Source of the DNA: Phoronis australis
Lineage: Eukaryota; Animalia; Phoronida
Assembly: GCA_002633005.1 (NCBI GenBank)
Contig: NMRA01000270.1
Location: 270,345-334,344 of the forward strand
Direction of reading: 5' to 3'
Length of the DNA stretch: 64,000 nucleotides
Part shown: piece by piece, positions 55,874 to 64,000 of the stretch
Numbering within the stretch: position 1 is the stretch's first letter
Layout: each line of letters begins with the position of its first letter
Program-made: the position numbers and the translations under genes
Notes under the pieces: model-generated
What the model was told of the DNA's origin: nothing
What the model saw: only the letters and a program-made list of their open reading frames with translations
The model's database searches: none

Positions 55874-57328
55874 CTACTGTATAAAGTATGAGTAATACAT
55901 GACGCCAAACAGACTGGTGGCAGACCACGCTGCACAGATCCACCAAGTAATATAGGACAACACACCCTTGAACACAGTTGGTGTGAAAACTCTAGCCAGG
56001 CTCGACAGAGCCAATGTGAACTGAGCGGCCGTTTCTGCGATGCTCTCCGGAACATGTGACATAGTCTTATTAGTGGTTGAGTTTACGTCTCGCGCCAACA
56101 GGCTGAAGTCCGTGCCGTGCAACCAGGATGAGTTTGATAATGTTTTGAAGCAGAAAGTGAGAAACAGCAATAGAATGATCGGAGCCAAGTACTGAAGGGC
56201 AGCGGCAGCTAGGTAGTAAAAAACACGCGCTATTGTTCGTTGAAGATCGACGTTACTAATACGACCAGCTTCCTTTTTAAGGGCTTCAGTTCGCTCTTGC
56301 GCGATATTGAGGTAGGCTTGAAAATGTTGCGGAGCAAGCAGTAATCTGGAAGCACACGTGACCAGGATAAGCCACAGGCGGCTGGATTCAAATCCCTCAT
56401 CTGTTAATAATGGTTTCTGACCTTTGACCCCAGTCAGATAATCTCTCATTAATGGTTTATACCAGCATAAAACAACTAATAGTGGCAGAAGAAAGTTGAT
56501 GTGTAATAACACTTTAGTACCAGCACTGCTGTATTTGAGGGCGTCCGTGTACATTTTTGCATACCTCAAACCTGGAAAAGTCAAGAGAGCTCCGTTAATG
56601 GCACTTATTACTGCTAAAGTGATTCTGAATGAGTTTAGAGAAGCGGGACCGCTGGATGAAATTCCCTGATTATTTAGGAAGTCTTCTGCATGTGACGAAA
56701 AATTGCCATAGGCTGGGATAAGACTGAATTCCAGAATGTCTTCATCAACAATCAAGATTCCCATAGCTGCGACGAAGAAAAAGAAGCCAAAAACAACACA
56801 CATAATCCTCTCTGATCCATCCTCGGTTCTGAAGTATGCAGCAGTCAATGAGAACAAGACTTTAATGCAGAACATCACCACCAGGAGGCACCACAACATG
56901 CTCAAGTTGATCTCTGCCCTGGGCTGGAAAAGTGCATAGTAAATTTCTGTGATAATATATAGTGTCCCGGCACAGAAAGAGAAATCCAGCAGCCACTGGT
57001 AATCAGAATAGTAGTGCAGATGTATGACGTCAATAGGTGTCACCTCTGCAGGTTCAAGTTGAAAGTCAAGATTTTTTGGTACAGTGAAGGCTTCAGGTTT
57101 TGGTGTACCATTCAGCTCCTCCTTATTGCCTCTCCTGTTCCTAAGGTGCTGTTTCCTGGTGTTGTGAGGTACACCTGCAGCAGTCTTCAACTCCTCGTCG
57201 GTGGGGTGGAGGTAGCGGACTAACCCCCGGCACAACAACCAGCGACCGATGGAGTAGAACGGCATGATCCTCTGCAAGAGGCTGGCCATTATCATACTAA
57301 ATACCAGCTGAGCACCAAACAAGGCCAT
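55874..57328 (-). CDS. TMEM161B: Transmembrane protein 161 (TMEM161A/B family), uninterrupted 484-aa ORF
   Basis: N-terminus 'MALFGAQLVFSMIMASLLQR...RWLLC..LVRYLHPTDEEL', plus 'YQWLLDF', 'LLTFPGLR', 'QAYLNIA', 'EAGRIS..DLQ..IARVFYYL....LQYLAP', all typical of TMEM161. Acceptor at 57341 just upstream of the ATG. Confidence 0.92.
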   Translation of the reverse strand: MALFGAQLVFSMIMASLLQRIMPFYSIGRWLLCRGLVRYLHPTDEELKTAAGVPHNTRKQHLRNRRGNKEELNGTPKPEAFTVPKNLDFQLEPAEVTPIDVIHLHYYSDYQWLLDFSFCAGTLYIITEIYYALFQPRAEINLSMLWCLLVVMFCIKVLFSLTAAYFRTEDGSERIMCVVFGFFFFVAAMGILIVDEDILEFSLIPAYGNFSSHAEDFLNNQGISSSGPASLNSFRITLAVISAINGALLTFPGLRYAKMYTDALKYSSAGTKVLLHINFLLPLLVVLCWYKPLMRDYLTGVKGQKPLLTDEGFESSRLWLILVTCASRLLLAPQHFQAYLNIAQERTEALKKEAGRISNVDLQRTIARVFYYLAAAALQYLAPIILLLFLTFCFKTLSNSSWLHGTDFSLLARDVNSTTNKTMSHVPESIAETAAQFTLALSSLARVFTPTVFKGVLSYITWWICAAWSATSLFGVMYYSYFIQ

Positions 57329-58134
57329 TGTTCTGTAGTACTGAAAAAAATATAATACGCATTAGCAACCAAATTTGCACGAGATAATTCTGTTCTCTAC
57401 CTACGACCAATTGATTTGTACACAGGATAACTGGTTTTCCATAATTCAATTGTAAAGTAAGAGCAAAAATCCAAACATGGTTTAAATAGTGGTCCCTGTA
57501 CTATTATCCATAAGCTTTACTGCAGTTGGCTTATTTACCAATGTCCCTACACCCATAGGTCAGCAAGGCAACAATGGTAGCAGATTCCACAGCTAGAATC
57601 TGAATCAAATTCACACATAAATGACAGGGTCAAGCGTCCCATTTTGCATTCTACTGTGTACAAGCATAAGTTTTCGAACCATTCTCAGAAACTGTTGCAT
57701 CAACTGGTAAGTGTGAATGCTCACTGACTCAGGAATCGTTAGTGTCTTCAATGTAAACGTTCGCCAAACACAATAACCAGTAAAAATCGAACGTGGTAAC
57801 AACTGACACTCACAAGCTTGGAACTAAGTTAATTAATGTGTTAATTAATACAAGCAACCCTATATTAATAAGCTCACACATAAAATCTATATATGCTATA
57901 GTAATAACTGACAAACTTGGAACTAAATAATAAGCGTAATATTCAAATCATTGCCATTTTCAGCCAATTGCATTTGCCAGGATTCATTGGCAGGCATTGC
58001 GCTAAGCAATTACATCGCCCTGGATGTCGCAGGCATACAGGGGCGATAGTACATCCCCACAAAAAGTTACGAATTTCAAAATACAGGAAATAAAATCAAA
58101 TGAATATGCACATGGAGTTGTAAACAACTCATAC

Positions 58135-58365
58135 CATAAATCTGGAGACGATTCAGTCAAGATAATTTGAACAACTCCAGGAAAATCTGTCGCAGTTTGC
58201 TCGAGTTTCTCTTACTGGGTGCCATTTTGAGGAAGATACGTGAAATCACGCATGTTGATGAATAAAAAGTCCAAGGGACACAAATCTTACAAATTTCACC
58301 TGATACCTTCTCATGCTATTTTGCAAGTGTCACGCGCCAGTGTCACGCGCTAGCGTCACGCGCTT
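58135..58365 (-). promoter_or_regulatory. Putative TMEM161 5'UTR exon and promoter, with three tandem GTCACGCGC elements
   Basis: Minus-strand donor GTATGAG at 58134; YY1-like AAAATGGC near 58222-58229; (G)TCACGCGC x3 at ~58329-58363. Confidence 0.5.
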
Positions 58366-59329
58366 CGCTCAGTCTAGAGCTAGCCTATGCCTAACTCACA
58401 TGACTCAGTTGACATACTTTGTGGTTATCGCACGCATAATGAAAAAGTTAACGGCAAACAAAAAAGGGGAGTTGGAATTCTTCCTGGAAGTCACCTTAAT
58501 TGTCACAACTAAGCTTCACCGAAGATACGTATAGAAGTAGAAAGAACCAATGAAGAAAGTAAGCGCTTTTTTATAAGTGATAGTTTTAAGTGTGGAATGT
58601 ATTTTTGGTGAGGTGAAAACTCAAAATCCGTGGCCAGATTTGGCCTACCGCCCGTTTAAAATACATGGAATGAAATGCGTACCGAAAGCGATGGGAAGTA
58701 TTGTAGCCCCTAACCGGCCAACCGAGGGGCTACGGACGTATTGCCTAGCATTGCGCATGCTGTGAGGGAACTTGGAATCTAGCTTAATCTCAACTTGAAT
58801 ACCGTGAATGAGTGAAATTGGAATACATAAGGAAACTTGACAAGTTCACTCAAATAATTACGTTCACGGTGACAAAAATTTACACAGCACTAAATCAAAT
58901 TACATGTTGATAGAATAACGTGGATTTAACTAATCCTTTTTCAACTCTTGCGATTTTATTCACCAAACAATACTAACATCACAAAAAACTATCGCATATT
59001 CCTCTGATTCTTTGACACAAGTTATGCCAAAGGAGAAAATGGGTGATCGTGAGATTGCTTTACACTGAATAAAAAAACTTCACCTGATTGCCCAAATGAA
59101 TATTCAATTCCAAGTTCACGCATACGCGATCTTCAGATTACGGTATCATTAATGATTAATCAGGATTAGGCCTACAAGTTTACGCAAAGCACGCTCGGCG
59201 AATTTGGAGGCCTAAAACGCAGAATTACAGATAAAATTATAAGTAAATATCAATACCACACAGTAAAATTAGCGCAGAATAGCGCACAACACAGTTCAGC
59301 TTCACCACTTCAGAGCGAGCACCTGTACA

Positions 59330-59576
59330 AGGAGGCTGCCATATTTGGAATAATCGGTCATCACCGTAAATTTCCGACTCCAAACTTCCGTGTGCGCTTG
59401 CGCATTTTGTCCAACTTCAAGAAGCTTGTCTGGGATAATTTTGTTTCTCAACTGAAGCAAACAAATTAACTGCTTTACCTATTAAGCGAAAGCCTATTAT
59501 GGGGAAAGTCTGTGAAGATGGTTGTAATACAGTTTTCCTAAAATAGTGCTTGCTGCTAATAACTTTCTTACGTCAG
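59330..59576 (+). promoter_or_regulatory. Housekeeping-type promoter and first non-coding exon of a downstream + strand gene
   Basis: ETS-like ACTTCCG 59384-59390 next to NRF1-like TGCGCTTGCGCA 59393-59404; donor CAG|GTAAGT at 59577; candidate second exon 63403-63461 (tttttcctcaag ... AAG|GTGAGT). No CDS recognised in the window. Confidence 0.5.
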
Positions 59577-59965
59577 GTAAGTTGTTTTAGCGTCCTGTCA
59601 AGGACGGTCAATAATTTCCAAACGTCAAGATCCTGTCAACGCAACCACAACAAATCTCAGTTTCTGAATATCGTTTGACAAGCTTAGGTTCTACCCACTG
59701 TTAGCTATCGGATGTTAGGTGGGTTTAGCCATGGTTAGGCCCCCATGACTATGTAACTAGTAGCGTTGATAGAAAACTAAAATCGGCACTGGTCGGATAT
59801 ACAGGGCCCTTAGGGGTCTCTGATTTTGAGAACCAGTTTCATCCACTGAATAACTTGCCCGTTATTCAGTGATTGCCTGGTTCTCAAAATCAGGGACTGC
59901 TATATCTGACCGGTGCCACTGAAATCGTACACTTACTAGATTGCACAATTAACTTCAATCTCTTC

Positions 59966-62718
59966 TGTCCAGGATGCATTCCACGGTATTTGTGCCATGG
60001 ACTTAAAAATTTCAAATCAGCCTTTTAACTTTCATTTTGATGTTTACACATACTTTAATCATTGAATTTTGTTGTCTGCTGGTCCATTTTCTGTTAGTCT
60101 TAGAAATTTTGCTTTTATCAGAAGGTTTATCTCTTATTTGTAAAATTTTGCGTTACAGATGTGACATAACTTTTTTCATAATTTTTTCTGCAGACATGAA
60201 GAAACAAATGCCAAAATTGTTTTAATATATCAGTTGCTACACAAGAAGTATACTAACAGTTGAAAGTACCTGATTTTTGATAATTAGTATTTCCAATTAA
60301 ACTTTCAAATTAGTGAAAGTCACATCTGTAACATTTAAATAACAAAAGTTTTGATTTTAGGAAAAAAAGTTAATCAATTTTAACGCAATTTAATTTTCTC
60401 TTTATTCACCCTAATCAACATAATTTAGCAAAATTTCTCAAATGTATCTCAATCCAGTTCCAAAAAAATCAAAAAACATTTCAAGTCACATCTGTAACAG
60501 TTTGTTACAGATGTGACGTCATGTAAGAAATGTGACCATCTTTTGCAGCCACTAAGTAAAGATTTACTTTTCATGACTTAATTTTTAAAAGGTTTGTATG
60601 ATTAATTTGGACAAATATCTATGAAGAATTGTTAAAGCCACTGTTAATCATCTACTGAGCCAAGTACTCCCCGTTTAGCAATAGTTCACGGCTAACCGTA
60701 ACGTCGACACACACTGTGGTGAAGAAGATATGCACTGAAGGTCCCCTTCATTCACTATAGCCACCAGTAAAAATCCACAAACTTCACCCGAAGCACCAGC
60801 TGAAAATCCACCCACTTCACCTGAGGCATATCCCCCTTCATCAGAGGGACTGATCAGTGTTTTTTCTGTCAGTGATTTTGTGGTTGTTGAGTTTCGAGTT
60901 ATTTGTTTCAAGCAAGATGTTCCATCAAAACTGGTATTACGGTGTTAAGCAGACAGACCAGAGTCAAAAACGTACTACCGCACCTTCAAAACAGCTAACC
61001 AGCCCGAAAAACACAAACCCCGACCTCTAAAACAGAAACCCTGGGGATCGGACTGGACACCCCGGACCGAAACACCACTCCTGTACTTGCTTTCCAACAT
61101 TGTTTATCGCAAGAAAATAGTGCCTTTATTAGTACTCTGTGTTCATACGACTTGTATCAATTTCGCATTTTGATGAAACAATAAATCTTCCTATTTTAAA
61201 TAGTTGATGTGATATGTTGTTTTAAACAACTTAGGACCGATCTGTAGCAAAAAAGTGTTGATTCTTAAATCGCGGACGTGTGTACAGTGTACTAGACAGG
61301 GTGAACAATGAAAAATGGCATGTGCTCGAGTGGTGGATGCCACAATGGTCACAGACTTCTGAGGGATTATCTACCAAAAAAGCATGTGAATGCGTAGAAT
61401 TCAGAAATTCCGATTCCAAATTTAGTGATCATTGAGGAGTTGAAGTTACTCTTCTTGAGGACAAGAACAGTAAAGTTGGTGACCACAAATTGCATGAGTT
61501 TTAAGCAACAAGTCAACATAATGTAAGTTACGTTTTGTTATAATCTTTAACAAATGCAGAAAACAAATGCAAAGTACTAGAAAATGCTCTGTTTGAGGCT
61601 ATTGACATTGTCTTATAAAATTTGAAAAATTGTCCAGGTTCCCTATTTGATCACTGGGGTTCGTGTTTTAAAAGCCGGATTTGTTTTTCGGGCTGGTTAG
61701 CTGTTTTGACTCCGGGATATTTTTTAAGCTAGGATTCCAATTTCGATGGAACAATTGTGTCCTAGGAGCTCAAACGTTGCACAAACCATGATGGTTGAAA
61801 GAGATGGTATCAAAGTCACTGTCATGAGAAAAACAGATAGTAACAAGACTGTGTTCAGTTTACCAGCACAAGACGACACCACATGGATTGACTGGGACCA
61901 AACAATCAAAAAACTGCCTGGTCTGCATATCGATCATTGCTCAGAATAATTTACAAGGACAAGCAAATGTCGCAGCCTAAACGAACATTTAATCCTAAGA
62001 TTTTAGCTCAGTACGTCATGTCAGCATTTCACATCACTTCGTAATTATACCTGTATGAGTGTTTATGTTGGCCTTAGTTAGTTGTACCTGATTTACTCCT
62101 GTTACTAAACTCAACTTTTTCAAGGTGGTTTAAGGACTTACTTGGTATAGTTTTTGTATTTTTCTCTCAGTGACCACAATTTCATAATGAAGCTCAAAAC
62201 ACAGGTGCACGGCAAACAAGCAAAGTAAATTTTATTAGCTTTGTTTTCATTAAAATTGCATTCTACAACTCTGTATAGTGCAAGTGCCAAATAGTCACAT
62301 CTGTTACAGTCACATCTGTAATGCACATGTTTTTTTTTAAATTGCTCATAATTATACAAAGACTTGATTTTAGTTCAAAAACCTTTTCTTCATGTTATAG
62401 CCAAATAATAGTTAAATTATCTATAGGGAAACTAGTTCCATAATATGAAAGACAGAACAGAGTTTTTAGACAAACCACCATTAGCATATTAACCATGGCA
62501 TTTTCGGTCACATCTGTAACACTAATTAAAAGTAAATTTTAGTACACTTATAATGTGCAGAATTAAAAACTTTTGATACCTGAAGTGCTTCCATCAAGTG
62601 TGTAATGTGTACTTAAAATTTCTTACAACTGTGATGCTTCACTAATTTTATATTGGAATTTAAAGTGTCTGAATGTCACATCTGTAACAAAACCAATACC
62701 GTGGAATGCACCTCGACA
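59966..62718. mobile_element. Non-autonomous or decayed DNA transposon with TIRs and subterminal repeats
   Basis: TIR core TGCATTCCACGGTATT (59975-59990) / AATACCGTGGAATGCA (62695-62710); about 8 GTCACATCTGTAAC motifs near both ends in both orientations; internal peptide remnants 'SDFVVVEF' and 'VFSLPAQDDTTWIDWDQTIKKLP'. Confidence 0.8.
60958..61715. mobile_element. MITE nested inside the larger DNA transposon
   Basis: Inverted repeat AAAACAGCTAACCAGCCCGAAAAAC (~60987) / GTTTTTCGGGCTGGTTAGCTGTTTT (~61683), extendable to CC.GAGTCAAAA ends. Confidence 0.7.
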
Positions 62719-64000
62719 CAAAGAATGCTCTACGATTGGATACACTGGAGGCACATTTTATAGAATATAGCCTTGGGACGATTGTTGGTAAAAAATTGCC
62801 AAATTGAAATCTTATGCAACATTGACATCCAGTGCTCATCAGATTCTGTTCAGCCACTTGGGAAAAACCCCAAGTCTTCATGAAATCGCCACAAGTTTCA
62901 TGAAATCAGTGCATTTGCCACCCTCAGCCGTCATCGCATATCAAACATGCGCTTAAATTACAACAAAAAGTTAACAGATGGAAGTGAGCATTGTTTGTTA
63001 GAAATCGGATAAGATCTTACCATGAAAAATGTGCCTTCAGTATATCCAGCCGTAGAGCGTTCTTCGTGGGCAGGAGAGATTGAAGTTAATGGTGAATTTT
63101 TTATGGGGAGTGATCGAAGAGGTATGCATAACTGTTTGAGAATGGAGTACGACACGACGCTTTTTTCTTTTAATTTTGGTCGATGATTTCAGCATCAGTT
63201 TTGGTGATCTCAGATTTTATTTGGCAACGGGGGATTTTTGCGTAGTCACATTTGGTGATCTGGCATCAAGCTAAGAAGTGTCAAGCACTGATAGCTTTAT
63301 AATCTTCCCCCTTCCTTGAGTAAAGAAAAAAGTTTGTGAGTGCTATATTACCATTGCACCATTACTTTGCCCAAATCTTCAATCAACTACTTTTTCCTCA
63401 AGGTTGCGAATAGTTCAGAACAAATTACTGACGTAGATTGTTTTTCACTGTTCCAGGCAAGGTGAGTGTTGGTTGATTTTGCATGCCTCCTGTCTAGTCG
63501 GTAGATGTGCTTTTCAAATGCAGGAGAGTGATTTTCTTGCTTCTCCATCATTCAAATGACACCTTCCTTGACCCTGTCCATTACAATCATTTAAAAGAAA
63601 AGCAGTCTGATGACAACTTTTGTAACTAATGATAGAACGCTGACTGCAAGGATGTGAGTGATCTTAAGAATATGCCCACTGGTTGGTTAAGATAAAGTAG
63701 TCGCTCGGACGTATTTGTCAAAAATGTTCGTGTGTATTATAGGAAAATCTTGAGAACTGATGATTCTGATTGGTGTTGTTATAAACAAAAAAAGAAATTA
63801 GTCGAGGTGTCAAAGTTGTACTTGTGTCTGATTTAATTCACCCCCTAATTGTTAGATTTGAGTTGTTCCGAAAGTTTACAAGAGTTAAATAAATTACCTG
63901 TGGGCAGACTGTAGAAAATGCTGTGAGTGGCTTAATGTCCAGTACAGAATTATTGTACTTAGTAGCTCAGTGGGTAGATTAGAATTTTTAATATTGAGTT

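Overview
Eukaryotic (animal, probably invertebrate) genomic DNA with GT-AG spliceosomal introns and two N-gaps plus a single-N join. Genes: an intronless rhodopsin-class GPCR of the GPR45/GPR63 family (+, 2820-4070); a ~36-exon BRWD/PHIP-family WD40-Tudor-double-bromodomain gene (-, 9426-37510); a head-to-head DHDDS cis-prenyltransferase (+, CDS 41061-53500, 7 coding exons reconstructed by hand); a TMEM161 gene with its whole CDS in one exon (-, 55874-57328); and the promoter and 5' exons of a further + strand gene near 59.4 kb. Introns hold MITEs, tRNA-derived SINEs, a Penelope-like retroelement remnant, minisatellites and a decayed DNA transposon with a nested MITE. Best leads: a complete minimal hammerhead ribozyme motif in a BRWD intron, at the point where two near-identical copies of a BRWD exon diverge; a second hammerhead-like motif in DHDDS intron 1; the divergent BRWD-DHDDS pair as possible ancient microsynteny; and a possible unannotated spliced minus-strand gene with an RFX X-box. 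I found no convincing wholly new system. All calls are by eye, without database searches.
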